Positions 13,328 through 26,545 of a stretch of DNA of 64,000 bases are shown piece by piece; positions within the stretch are counted from its first letter, which is position 1, and the number at the start of each line of letters is the position of its first letter. This stretch comes from Eledone cirrhosa (taxonomy: Eukaryota). The DNA lies in contig OZ024749.1 of assembly GCA_964016885.1 (NCBI GenBank), positions 8,680,001 through 8,744,000 on the forward strand. The letters run 5' to 3'. A program made the position numbers and the translations under genes. The notes below the pieces were generated by a model. The model did no database searches and was not told the DNA's origin. It saw only the letters and a program-made list of their open reading frames with translations.

Positions 13328-13495
13328 TATAAGGTTTCCTCCCATTGTATTGTAATGTATATTCAACAGTGGATAAAAAGACGATATGACCCACCCCAAA
13401 AATAACAAGATTTGTTTCAATACACGATTTCATATTAAAATCCTTGCAAAATTCATATATATATATATACCCGAAATACGATTCTCGCTGAATTA

Positions 13496-13537
<42 letters not shown>

Positions 13538-13561
13538 CGAAATACGATTCTCGCTGAATTA

Positions 13562-13593
<32 letters not shown>

Positions 13594-13604
13594 GCATCCA
13601 TCCA

Positions 13605-13653
<49 letters not shown>

Positions 13654-13655
13654 TA

Positions 13656-14045
13656 ATGGACACTGACCAAGAAACTCACTCAGATGGTGGATGGGTGCTA
13701 CACAAGAATGCTGAGGATGGCTCTGAACATTAATCAGTATACACTGAGGATGAAAAACTCAGAGCTGTATCGGAGCCTCCCAAAAGTCAGCTCAAAAGTG
13801 ACACAGAGGAGATTGAGGTTAGTTGGACATGCTCACCGACATCCAGAGTTGACATTGCACTCAGTGCTCCTGTGGGAGCCCCTACATGGACACGCTAGAA
13901 GAGGAAGACCAAGGTTAACGTATGTTGATGCCCTAAGGACAGACACTGGTCTGTTGGAGACGCAGGACATGGCAGCGATAATGAGGGACAGAGACCGCTG
14001 GAGAGGACTCGTCCATGGATCTCGGGAATTTTACCCGCCTTAGAT
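13656..14045 (+). mobile_element. RTE-clade LINE 3' fragment
   Basis: [19 protein letters not shown]...RRLRLVGH...LLWEP.HG...RGRP; in (TA)n. Confidence 0.9.
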
Positions 14046-14213
14046 AGCTAGATATATATATATAATAAGGAGTTGACGGACCCAGCATTTTTATCAATGC
14101 CAGGACCGGTTGTATCTCAGCGTACTCAATGGGTAATGTAGGATACATTACCAGAGTATACACATAGTTATTCGCTTCAATACAACACACATAAAACGGG
14201 TGCCTGTAATAGT

Positions 14214-14327
14214 TCCCGGACTCGAGTTTTGGCCACACTTAATGCAGCAGTAAGGTGCACTGCAAACCTCTGTCTGCATATATTATGCAACAATGCATAA
14301 TCTGCGCATGTGGCTTCATCAGCAAGA
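14214..14327 (-). ncRNA. Hammerhead motif, mutated (G12 to A)
   Basis: UCUUG CUGAUGA AGCCACA...UGUGGCC AAAAC UCGA GUC CGGGA; palindromic stem III ACUCGAGU. Confidence 0.6.
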
Positions 14328-14379
14328 CAAGTATATATACACATATTATATATATATGTATATATATATGTATATATAT

Positions 14380-14567
14380 GACGGTGGATTGGCAGTATCG
14401 GTAGAGGGTCGGACGCCATGCTTTCCAGCATAGTTACGTTCCTTTACGATCTGAGTTCAAATCCCGCCGAGGTTGACTTTGCCTTTCATCCTTACGGGGT
14501 CGATAAAATAAAATACCAGTAATGCACTGGGTAATTGCTGGCCTTGTGCCTAAAGTAGAAACAATTA
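14380..14567 (+). mobile_element. SINE family A inserted into one copy of a direct repeat
   Basis: Full-length match to 802-990; flanks rejoin to match 14953-15105. Confidence 0.9.
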
Positions 14568-15246
14568 TATATATATGTATATTGTAGTAGAAACTTGGTA
14601 TAAATACCCTGGGCTTTATACGACTCAAACAGTGAGACGCGTTATATATAATTAGTTACACAGGTACTTACGTTTTGTTGGGTTTAACACATATATATAA
14701 AGTTTACTAAAGATGCAATTCTTGTCACTATATAGACACTCGGCCTTAAATCTGGAGCACAACCCAATGAGAGACGGACCCGGTAAAATCATCGAGGGCA
14801 CAAATGTGACAGAGGAAAGTAGTCAACAGTGAGACAATCCACAAGGTGAGCGACAGGTTGATAAAATAGAGAAAAAGATTGAAAGGGGAGAAGGACAAAG
14901 AGAATTGCGGTAGCGTACAGAAGTTACTGGAAGAAGTAAATTAAGGCGATGTACAAGACAAGTATATACACACAAATTATATATATCATATGTATATTGT
15001 AGTAGAAACTTGGTATAAATACCCTTGGGTTTATATGACTCAAACAGTGAGACGAGTTATATATAATTAGTTACATAGGTACTTACGTTTTGTTGGGTTT
15101 AACACGAATTCATTCAGTCTGTCTGTCGTATTATGATGGAGTTACTTCCGGGGATAATCTAGATCGAGTAGGAAAGTTCTAATACTAAGGGTAGAGAACT
15201 CTAAACCAATCTTAAATAATTAAATAATTTGTAGTTAAACTATTTG

Positions 15247-15291
<45 letters not shown>

Positions 15292-15336
15292 GCATATATA
15301 TATATATATATATATATATGCATATGTATATATATA

Positions 15337-15376
<40 letters not shown>

Positions 15377-15520
15377 TATATATATATATATATATATGCA
15401 TATATATATATATATGCATATATATATATATATATATGCATATATACATATATATATATATATATGCATATATATATATATATGCATATATATATATATA
15501 TGCATATATATATATATATA

Positions 15521-15552
<32 letters not shown>

Positions 15553-15656
15553 CGTGTGTGTGCGTGCGTGCGTGAGCCCCGAGTTCAATCGATGCGTAAC
15601 CAATATTGAGTCATATATCCCAAATATTCGGGATTAGCTCTACTAATATAAAAGTA

Positions 15657-16208
15657 TAGATTGGCAGAATCGGTGGAGCGTCGGACACTATGCTTCGTGG
15701 CTTACAGTTGTGATTCTTTAGGTTCTGAGTTCAAATCCCGCCGAGGTTAGATTTACCTTTCATCCTTACGTGTCGATAAAATAAAATACCAGTAATGCAT
15801 TGGGATCGATTTAATCGACTTACTCCTCCCCAAAATCGCTGGCCTTGTGCCTAAAGCAGAAACAACTATTATATATTAGCGTAGAATGTCGGACACCCGG
15901 CTTCATAGCCGTTACGGCCTTTTACGTTCTGAGATCAAATCCCGCCGAGGTTAGCTTTGCCTTTCATTCTTATGGGGTCGATAAAATAAAGTACCAGTAA
16001 CGCACTGGCATCGATTTAATCGACCTCCCCACTCCCTTCAAATTGCTGGCCTTGTGCCTAAAGTAGAAATCATTATTAGATACTAGTCCGAGTTCGAATC
16101 CCGCCGAGGTTAACTTTGCTTTTCATCCTTACGGGGTCGATAAAATAAAGTACCAGTAATGCACTGGGTAATTTGCTGGCCCTTGTGCCAAAAAGTAAAA
16201 ACAATTAT
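15657..16208 (+). mobile_element. Three adjacent SINE family A copies
   Basis: About 15657-15870, 15880-16077, 16088-16208. Confidence 0.9.
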
Positions 16209-16283
16209 TAGATACTAGCTTGTACAACAGCAACGTTGACCTCCAGAACGTCACATGACCTTTACTACTTGAGTTTTACTTAC

Positions 16284-16366
16284 ACAGCATTTGTGAATGC
16301 AATGATGTCAGAAATACTGAGATTTGTAGTATTTGTAGTTTTGTGAAAGACAGATACGGCGGCCAT
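16284..16366 (-). CDS. Possible first coding exon of an unidentified host gene (MAAVSVFHKTTNTTNLSISDIIAFTNA)
   Basis: AACAAATGGCCGCC (Kozak/YY1-like), open frame, donor GTAAGT at 16283, unique sequence; no homology recognised. Confidence 0.25.
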
Positions 16367-16494
16367 TTGTTGCAACGTTCTCTGTTCAGTCATTGATGTT
16401 TGCCTTTATTGTATCTGATGGGTGAGGTCTCGTTGATTGCCGAGAATTACATTAAGGTGGGGTGGGGGTGATATGTCTGAAGAACACTGTCAGT

Positions 16495-16630
16495 GGTGCT
16501 TTATTTTATCGATCCCATAAGGATGAAAGCCAAATTTAACCTAGATGTGATTTGAACTCAGAACGTAAAGAGACGTAACTATGCCGCAAAGCCAGGTCTC
16601 CGACGCTCTACTGATTATGCCAATCCCCTT
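16495..16630 (-). mobile_element. SINE family A, degenerate
   Basis: ATCGATCCCATAAGGATGAAAG...TTTGAACTCAGAAC. Confidence 0.75.
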
Positions 16631-16654
16631 CCCTATTGTTTTCATTAAAAATAA

Positions 16655-16866
16655 TATCGACAGTCGATCGACTTTCGTCAAATTGGACCGAGGAAGCAAT
16701 GTTTCCATTGGTCTTTCCAATACCATCTATCGGTCGCAACTCCAGGTAGAAGGAGCAACGTGAAATAAAGTGTCTTGCTCAAGGACATAACGAATCGCCC
16801 GGTTCGGGAATCGAACGCACAACCTCACGATTGTGAATGCAATTCTCTAACCACTCAGCCACGCGC
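16655..16866 (-). mobile_element. tRNA/CORE SINE, family B2
   Basis: Head GGCTGAGTGGTTAGAG..GTTCGATTCC, CORE-like CCTTGAGCAAGACACTT; tail matches 36983-37082. Confidence 0.85.
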
Positions 16867-17285
<419 letters not shown>

Positions 17286-17344
17286 TATATACACATATGG
17301 AGAAGAAGTTTATGAAATGGAAATGCGGGTATACAGAATTTATT

Positions 17345-17461
17345 AGGTAACAATTGTTTCTATAATGTATGAGTTACCTATACCTCGCTATTTGAATAAT
17401 ATAAAAATATTATCATAAACGGAAGGTACACTGTAAGCAAACACATCATGTCGTCAGACCT
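17345..17461 (-). ncRNA. Type I hammerhead motif (mirror copy)
   Basis: AGGU CUGACGA C...A GAAAC AAUU GU U ACCU. Confidence 0.6.
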
Positions 17462-17653
17462 TTGTATTGGAATGATATGAAAATATTTTATACACTTTTA
17501 TACACATTCTCTCCTTACAATCTCTACTAGTCTGACAGTCTTAAATCCTAAGACTCCCTCCACCTTACTCACTTCCCTCTTCCCCTTCTCTTCCTACCTC
17601 CTTCTTTATCTTTTATCTAGTGTATAAAATATTTTCATATCATTCCAATACAA

Positions 17654-17768
17654 AGGTCTGACGACATAGTGTGTGTGCTTACAGTGTACCTTCGGTTTAT
17701 GATAATATTTATATTATTCAAATAGCGAGGTATAGGTAACCCATACACTATAGAAACAATTGTTACCT
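17654..17768 (+). ncRNA. Type I hammerhead ribozyme motif with long stem II
   Basis: Stem I AGGU/ACCU; CUGACGA; stem II AUAGUGUGUG/CAUACACUAU; GAAA; stem III ACAAUUGU; GUU triplet. Confidence 0.72.
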
Positions 17769-17924
17769 AATAAATTCTGTATACCCGCATTTCCATTTCA
17801 TAAACTTCTTCTCCATATTTTCTCCGGATTTTAAAACACACTTTATTATACGTTGAGCAATCTCTGACGTCGGTTGACTCCAACCAATGCAACTACTTAG
17901 TAACATTGGAATACAAATTTACTA

Positions 17925-17958
17925 ATTATATATATACATATATATGTATATATATATG

Positions 17959-18016
<58 letters not shown>

Positions 18017-18171
18017 AGTATATATATATACATACATATATATATATACATAAGTATATATATATACATACATATATATATACATACATTATATATAGAT
18101 ATATATATATACATACATATATATAAACATATATATATATACATACATATTATATATATATATAAACATAC

Positions 18172-18257
<86 letters not shown>

Positions 18258-18368
18258 ATATATACATACATATATATATATATATACATACATACATATA
18301 TATACATACATACATATATATACATATATACATACATACATATATATACATACATACATATATATACA

Positions 18369-18464
<96 letters not shown>

Positions 18465-18585
18465 CATACATATATATATATACATATATATATATACATA
18501 TATATATACATACATATATATATATATATATACATACATATATATATACATACATATATATATATATACATACAAATATATATAT

Positions 18586-18618
<33 letters not shown>

Positions 18619-18637
18619 CATACATATATATATATAC

Positions 18638-18668
<31 letters not shown>

Positions 18669-18745
18669 CATACACATATATATATATATATACATACATA
18701 TATATATATACATACATATATATATATATACATACATATATATAT

Positions 18746-18778
<33 letters not shown>

Positions 18779-18793
18779 CATACATATATATAT

Positions 18794-18826
<33 letters not shown>

Positions 18827-18899
18827 CATACATATATATATATACATACATATATATATATACATACATATATATATATATATACATACATATATATAT

Positions 18900-18942
<43 letters not shown>

Positions 18943-18944
18943 TA

Positions 18945-19022
<78 letters not shown>

Positions 19023-19118
19023 CATATATATATATACATATATACATAAATACATATATATGTATATACGTACATATATATATATATACATATATACATA
19101 CATACATACATACATACA

Positions 19119-19169
<51 letters not shown>

Positions 19170-19170
19170 G
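17925..19170. repeat. (TA)n/(TACA)n compound microsatellite
   Basis: Direct reading. Confidence 0.97.
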
Positions 19171-19519
19171 ACGGACGAGGAAATTAAAGAGGAAGAAGCA
19201 CCACTAAATATATTAATACAATGGAAATATTAAATAAAATAATTAATATTTTGATAATAATAATCAACGATAAAACGATTTTAATGAAGCAAGGACGCAG
19301 TAATTATATTGATATAACAGTTTAATGACTGAAGTGTCATTAGGTGTTGGTGGATTGCTAGAATCGCACACCTGCCAACCTCTAAAAACCTAAACCAGGA
19401 GAACTATGAAAAAAAGTGCCCCACATCGGGGAAAAAGGAGGCAAACTTTTCATGAGAGAAGACATCTCTCACCCACCCGAAAGTGGGTGGGAGATGTCGT
19501 ACGAGGATGTCGTACGAGG

Positions 19520-19740
19520 ATAGTTGACTGATCTAGAATCGGTAGAGTTTCGGCCAACATGCTGTGTGTTATTTAATGAAGACTTTCTACATTCTGGGTT
19601 CAAATCCCATGGAAGTCATCTATGTCTTTCCTACTTCTGGAATCGACAAAATGCAGTACCAGTAACATACTCTGGTCGGTGTAATTGACTTCCCCTCCCC
19701 TCGAAATTGCTGATGTTATCCCTAAATCAGAAACCATTAA
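19520..19740 (+). mobile_element. SINE family A, degenerate
   Basis: GGGTTCAAATCCC, GTACCAGTAA, CCTAAATCAGAAAC. Confidence 0.7.
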
Positions 19741-19809
19741 CTATTAAAAATGTTGAAGCAAATGATATCAATGCCATTTCCCCTTCCAACAATCCGTTCA
19801 CAAAAGCCT

Positions 19810-20090
19810 AAAGTCTGTCATAAGCCAGAAGCCTCATTAGGCCGGTCCTTATCCCGGTTTCATGGTGGGAAACGACTGAAAGTACAAGACTCCCCTCTGG
19901 ACAGGAGACCAGTCCATCGTAGGGTTAAACCCCTAAATATTGCTGGTACTTATTTTCAGCTGAGTATATTGGAGCAAAGTGAAATGAGATATTTTGCTCA
20001 AGAACCCAACACGCAACCCAGCTCAGGAATTGAATCCACGACATTACGATCGTAAGTCCAACACCCTTACCACTAGCCACGCGCCTCCAC
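19810..20090 (-). mobile_element. SINE family B1
   Basis: Colinear with 2755-3020. Confidence 0.88.
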
Positions 20091-21304
20091 TGATTCATTC
20101 ACAAGAAATACGTAAATGACTTCAACAAAATTGCGTGATTGTATGAAAATATACCAGAGCAATTATTGTGCATTAGTTGTCGACAACCATATGTAATTTC
20201 CTCGGGTCTAGTTAGCTGTCAACTTATGCTGAAAATCTCAATAAAATCCAGCTTCAGGTCACCAACAAATATGTTGATTCTGGCATTGAATTGGTGCTCT
20301 TCTACTATTTCGAGTATGTAACTTTGACATTTACTCAATATGGCTGACAATTATACGAAGGTGTAGCCCCAAAATTACAATGCTACTATGAAATTTAACT
20401 CAATGAGGTCCTTTATATTAGTTGGTGATGCCGAAGAAACCAGGTGAGTTAATTGCTATTTGATGATTCATCAGGATCCATTCATCGGTCATTCGATGAT
20501 GAATTGTTAAATAACAACGAATTCTTTTCAATCGGAAAGTGGTGAGATGATTATTAGAATGGACTCGACCGATAGCCAGGTCACCATCCACGTGATAACC
20601 GACAACAGCTGTTCAACAAAACTCCAATAAATCTCCAGTCTCGGACATAGAATGTGTGTGTACCCAACGGTTTCGTCACACATCTCAAACAAGCCCCCCC
20701 CCCTCCCCCCCCACATCCGACTGACGCCACCTCTGCACCTCCAGTTATCTGGGAGCAACAATACTCCCCCACCTTAGCCCCCCACTCTATCATAATGTTA
20801 CAAGTTACACGGGAAGGATACCTAAATTATGACATTCACCTCGAAAATTGTTTCTACATACGTAAACCGATATATCACATTCTCTCCCCCCTCCTGTCTC
20901 TCCCCGTTCCCAATCCTCTCCCTCACACACACACACACACACACACACTCTCTCTCTCCTTTCTCCTCTCTCTCTCTTCTTATCTCATTTATATCAAAGT
21001 AATTGCGTCAAAGATTAAGCCATAGATCAGCCGCCGTTGCTGTGTGTTGATCCCAAGTTAGTACTCACTTTGAGTCATTTAAGTGTAAATCTTCATCGTT
21101 AATTTACAATTATTCACGTTCTTGGGGGTTAATTTCTGTCATAAACATCGAGTGTAATTGTTATAGAGAATCGCTAGATTTCAAAGTATCAGATTAAACC
21201 AATACAATATGCATAACATCATTTGAGAGATAAAGATATCAGTAAGGTAGTGCTTGTGATGTCACACACACGCACGCACACACGCACATACACATACACA
21301 CACG

Positions 21305-21441
<137 letters not shown>

Positions 21442-21539
21442 TCGAGCAGATTTTAAAGGATGAAAGCACCGAGCTGGTCATTTGCGAAACAGATGATGGT
21501 AAATGAAATATGCTGAACTGAGACTTCGATCTCTCCTAC

Positions 21540-21585
<46 letters not shown>

Positions 21586-22356
21586 TGTTTGCTCCAGCAT
21601 AGCTGTATATAAGGGTTGCATATCACATATACGCACACACACCATATATAGATAGTTAGATCGATAGATATAGATATATATATGTTTATATACGCATATA
21701 TAGGATGAGTTTCCTAACAGTTTCTGTTTACCATATTTTCCTCATAAGGCATTGGTTAACCCGAGGCTATTGTACAATATAAAATACTTGCCTAAGGTAT
21801 AGAGCATTGGAACCAAACCCACAAAATACATGATTGCAAATTGAAGATTCTTTAATAACCTCGCGGCTCTGCCAGTGGCCATATTGTAACGGTGTTGTTG
21901 TTTTCATATATTTTAAGGATATCAATTATATGATATCGCTTTTATCTCTCCTTATTGTTTCTCTCTTCCTCCTCTAATGGTTATATTTATATTTAGTATT
22001 ATTTATATTTATATTTAGTATTGTTTATATTTAGTATTATTTATATTTATATTTAGTATTATTTATATTTAGTATTATTTATATTTATATTTAGTATTGT
22101 TTATATTTATATTTAGTATTATTTATATTTAGTATTATTTATATTTATATTTAGTATTGTTTATATTTAGTATTATTTATCTATATCTTTTTTATATTTC
22201 AATATTTTAGTTTTGTTGTTTGATATGTTTGGTGGTTTCTTTTGTATTTGTTGTTTTTAAATCAATGAGGTGGAAGATATTTGAAAATAAATAGCTATTC
22301 TCTCTTCTATAGTTGTGAACTTTTTAGATTTCTATCAAAAGAAAGGCTGAGATTAG

Positions 22357-22672
22357 AGGGGGGCTCGGTGGTGTGGGTGGTGGAGTGTTGTATAAGAGGG
22401 GGGTTCGGTGGTGTGTGTGGTGGAGTGTTGTATAAGAGGGGGCATCGGTGGTGGAGTGTTGTATAAGAGGGGGGATCGGTGGTGTGTGTGGTAGAGTATT
22501 GAATAAGAGGGGAGGATCGGTGGTGTGTGTGGTGGAGTGTTGTATAAGAGGGGGGGGGGGTCGGTGGTGTGCGTGGTGGAGTGTTGTATAAGAGGGGAGG
22601 ATCGGTGGTGTGTGTGGTGGAGTGTTGTATAAGAGGGGGGATCGGTGGTGTGTGTGGTGGAGTGTTGTATAA
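22357..22672. repeat. About 40-bp G-rich minisatellite
   Basis: GGATCGGTGGTGTGTGTGGTGGAGTGTTGTATAAGAGGGG units. Confidence 0.9.
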
Positions 22673-23619
22673 GTTAGAACAATTTAATGGCGGCCAACAA
22701 TAATAAACTATCAAATAGAAAAGAGAGAAAAAAGATGAGGGGAAATTTTGCCGGAAATCTTTATCTTCATAGTTGTGTAGTTTTTACTGGTTAATGAGAA
22801 GAAAAATATACATTTTGAAAGGTTGGGGTGTATAGTGATATATATTCAACGTAAGTCTGTAAATATTGATTGATAAATTCGGAGTATCGATAGATAAGAA
22901 CAACAACAACAGTAACAACAATAACAGAATCAATAAGAATAGTAACGGGACATCGTGAAGGCCTCTACTTCAGTGGTTCCAAATCCTGGGCTCCACAAAT
23001 GTAAGTACTGAGAAGGGGAGAGCCGTCAGTGAGCTAAGTTCAACATTCCAAGTACCCTATTTCCCGGCGTCGAAGACGTTACTGTTTTCCTAAAATAAAT
23101 CTCAAAAATCTACCATGCGTCCTGGAGGCCAAAGGTTGTTTATTATTCTTTTTTCAAAATGTTTGGTTGTCAAAATTAGGGTACGTCCTCAAGGACGAAG
23201 CGGCTTCGGCGCCGGGAAATACGGTAGTTTGTTATAAACAAAATATTGGTTTCTGATTTAGACCAACAAGGAAGATAATGAATCGTTAATTTTACAGTGC
23301 CGTGGGCCCATAAATATTGATGGACTTGTAGGAACGCCGTCGTGACATACAGGGCCTCATAGGTGTTTACACCTGGTGGTGAGCATCCAAGATTTATTCC
23401 AGAGAAAGAGAGAAGCAGAGACAGAGGAGGGAAGAGGGACAATAGAAATGAAGGACGAATCAGGCCCTAAACTGGTATTTTATTAATAGCCACCGGAAGA
23501 GAGAGATGCAGAAAACCGGAAGTAACAACGCACAGCCTTCTATCTGGCATACAAACGATTCTGATAATCAGCCAGATTTCATTTTAATTTTAACGAACAT
23601 ATAATGGAAATAGAAGAAT

Positions 23620-23925
23620 AATAATTGTTTCTACTTTTGGCACAAGGCCAGCAATTACTCAGTGTATTACTGGTACTTTATTTCATCAACCCAGTAAGGA
23701 TGAAATGCAAAGTTTACCTAGGCGGGATTTGAACTCAGAACGTAAAAGGCCATAACTCTATGCTGAAAAACAGGGTGTCTAACGCTCTACCCATACTGCC
23801 AATCCTCCACCCTTTAGAACAATAATAATTGATTCTACTTTAGGCACAAGGCCAGCAATTACCCAGTGCATTACTGGTACTTTATTTTATCGACCCCGTA
23901 AGAATGAAAGGCAAAGTCAACCTTT
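23620..23925 (-). mobile_element. Two SINE family A copies (full and partial)
   Basis: Reverse complement of family A. Confidence 0.88.
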
Positions 23926-24007
23926 AGAACAATAATAATGTAATAAAAACAATCATTAAAAAATCATCGTGCCTTGTGAGAATCGGTAGAACATCAGACA
24001 ACATTAT

Positions 24008-24515
24008 TCGCGGTATATAGTTACAACACTCGCGGTATATAGTTACAACACTCGCGGTATATAGTTACAACACTCGCGGTATATAGTTACAACACTCGCG
24101 GTATATAGTTACAACACTCGCGGTTTATAGTTACAACACTCGCGTTATATAGTTACAACACTCGCGGTATATAGTTACAACACTCGCGGTTTATAGTTAC
24201 AACACTCGCGGTATATAGTTACAACACTCGCGGTATATAGTTACAACACTCGCGGTATAGAGTTACGACCTTCACGGTATATAGTTACAACATTCGCGGT
24301 TTATAGTTACAACACTCGCGGTATATAGTTACAACACTCGCGGTATATAGTTACAACACTCGCGGTATATAGTTACAACCTTCACGGTATATAGTTACAA
24401 CACTCGCGGTATATAGTTACAACACTCGTGGTATATAGTTACAACACTCGCGGTATATAGTTACAACACTCGCGGTATATAGTTACAACACTCCCGGTAT
24501 ATAGTTACAACACTC
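24008..24515. repeat. 22-bp minisatellite CTCGCGGTATATAGTTACAACA, about 23 copies
   Basis: Direct reading; begins inside a family A SINE head. Confidence 0.95.
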
Positions 24516-24607
24516 GGTGGCTCGCCGCCCAGGATTTGCTCTTCCTCTCGACCACATTATTTTCTGTATTTCCATATATATGTATATATATACATATACA
24601 TACATAC

Positions 24608-25221
24608 ATGGTGGCTGCCAACTCGTTTTCGAGTACGGCCACTACTTTATATCCATGTAGGAGAACCCCTACCGATGCGCTGAACAAGTGTGACTTTTTA
24701 CTCCAGCCAGCGACTTGAAAACTCTGGTGCAAACACTACACTCGTGACAATTATTGACACATAGTGCTGGGCCCATGGTACCATGTGACGACAAGTGCAG
24801 AGAGATCTCCAGATATAAAGCAATGCCTGTGCCGTGAAGCTTTTATAGTGAGCAAAGGCACTGCACAAAGCCAGTCCCACTCTCTTAACCAAGATGATAT
24901 TTACCAAAAAGAAGAACAAGTGAACATCATTGGATACCATCAGGGTTGCAGGTGTTATATCAGAGTTTTCCTTCTCCTAGAATTCTGCCTTGACAAAGGC
25001 TAAGGGGTCATCTCTCCCTGTGATTTTGGATGGCCATTGACTCTTAAGAGCTCCTTTGCCCTTTGACAGGTTTTGTTTTTAGTCCTGCAGGATGTCCAAA
25101 GTCACCCTCCTCACCAAGAAACCTTGGTGGGGTTGCCAGTTTAGTCGCCAACGACCCGACCATGAGACAGGTTGTACTGGGATACATGTTACCAGTAGCA
25201 CCAACTGGTGACCTGACAATA
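24608..25221 (-). mobile_element. RTE-derived element without ORF (5'UTR-like)
   Basis: AGGAGAAGGAAAACTCTGA motif recalled from RTE 5'UTRs; second copy at 38915-39273 with the same 5' boundary. Confidence 0.7.
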
Positions 25222-25938
25222 ACATACATACATACATACATACATACATACATACATACATACATACATACATACATACATACATACATACATACATACA
25301 TACATACATACGTAATATGCTAAATACTGAATCATACTCAACAGTTTTATGATGGAAAGAATAAACTAAAAAATATATTATTTAATTACTGTCTTCTCCC
25401 CCTCCTACCACTACTTTTTCTCCTCCTCCTGCTTCTTCTTCTCTACCTCTCACTCTCCCTCTCTATCTATACCAATATCTATCTCCCTCTCACTCACTCT
25501 CTCTCCCTCTATATCTATCTCCCCCCTCACTCTCTATCTATATCAATATCTATCTATCTCCCTATCTATCTCTGCCCCTTCACTCCATCACCCCCCCCCT
25601 CCATACCTCTCAGTTTTATTTCTTTTAAAATTCAGTTTAGTAGAAAAATGTCTATTTTACTTAATAAATTGCCCATTTAAGATGATTGAAAGGGGGCCAT
25701 GTTGTAGTTCGATTCCTGATTGTTTTTCTAGTTGTTGCTGTTGTTGTGGCTGTTTTTGTGGCTGTTGTTTCTGTAGTTGTTGTGGCTGTTGTTGTTGTAA
25801 TTGTTGTTGCTGTTGTTTTCAAATTTACATACATGATTTCTTCCTCGGGGTCGGTGAGTCATAATTTAATGAAATAATACAAGACTTCGTTTGTCTTTGT
25901 TTCTTCGTGGTATGTGTTTGTGCTGTTGTTGTTGTTGG

Positions 25939-25970
<32 letters not shown>

Positions 25971-26358
25971 GTGTTTTTCTTGCTTTCGTTGTTGTTTGTG
26001 TTGTTATTTATTACGTTGTTTTTGTTGTTGTTGCTGTTTTTAGGTAAATATTTGCTGAAATATGTTCAGTCGTGGTTAAAGAGATGGAAATTTAATTAAA
26101 TCTTGTTTTTGTTCAGTTTAGAAGTGGAAGAAATAAAAAGAAATCTAGATTATCATCAGAAAGATATGTAATGACTGACAGCAGACTCTTGCCGGTCGAT
26201 CAGCGTCGACGATCGCTTATCAGAGTCTCTAAAGGTCGTCTGATGCTTAAAGAACCGTTCTTTAAACCTACCCTCCGACATATATTTTGACCTTCTGATG
26301 TTGCTTCAGTCGCGTGGATGTAACTTCACCCTTATAGACGATTGTGGTTGTGTTACAT

Positions 26359-26545
26359 CAGGCATGCCGAACTAAGGGTCTCCCGAGGACCACATGAGTC
26401 ACATATGTGTTGTCTGAGGGCTACACACGACAACTAATTGCGCACATTACAACTAATTTTACCAAAATAAAACATTCTCGCGCTGTAAAAACCTTTGTGC
26501 GGGCCGCATGTGTGCTTGTAAAGGGCCGCATATTTAACATGCCTG
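26359..26545. mobile_element. hAT (Charlie-like) MITE, 187 bp
   Basis: TIR CAGGCATG/CATGCCTG, subterminal GGGCCGCA repeats, 8-bp TSD TGTTACAT/TGTTACAC. Confidence 0.75.

Larger units (their letters stand above)
17295..17890. mobile_element. Foldback element (about 200-bp arms 17295-17496 and 17619-17818) with hammerheads; probable PLE derivative
   Basis: Inverted arms, pyrimidine-rich spacer, (TA)n on both sides. Confidence 0.85.

Noticed and set aside
20100-20650. Possible old LINE relic on the minus strand
   Set aside because: Too degenerate to assign diagnostic motifs by eye
24008-24515. CRISPR-like short repeats (also 63277-63805)
   Set aside because: Head-to-tail minisatellites with no spacers
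25682-25877. Cys-rich (metallothionein-like) or transmembrane-like ORF
   Set aside because: Derived from degenerate (GTT)n; no further support
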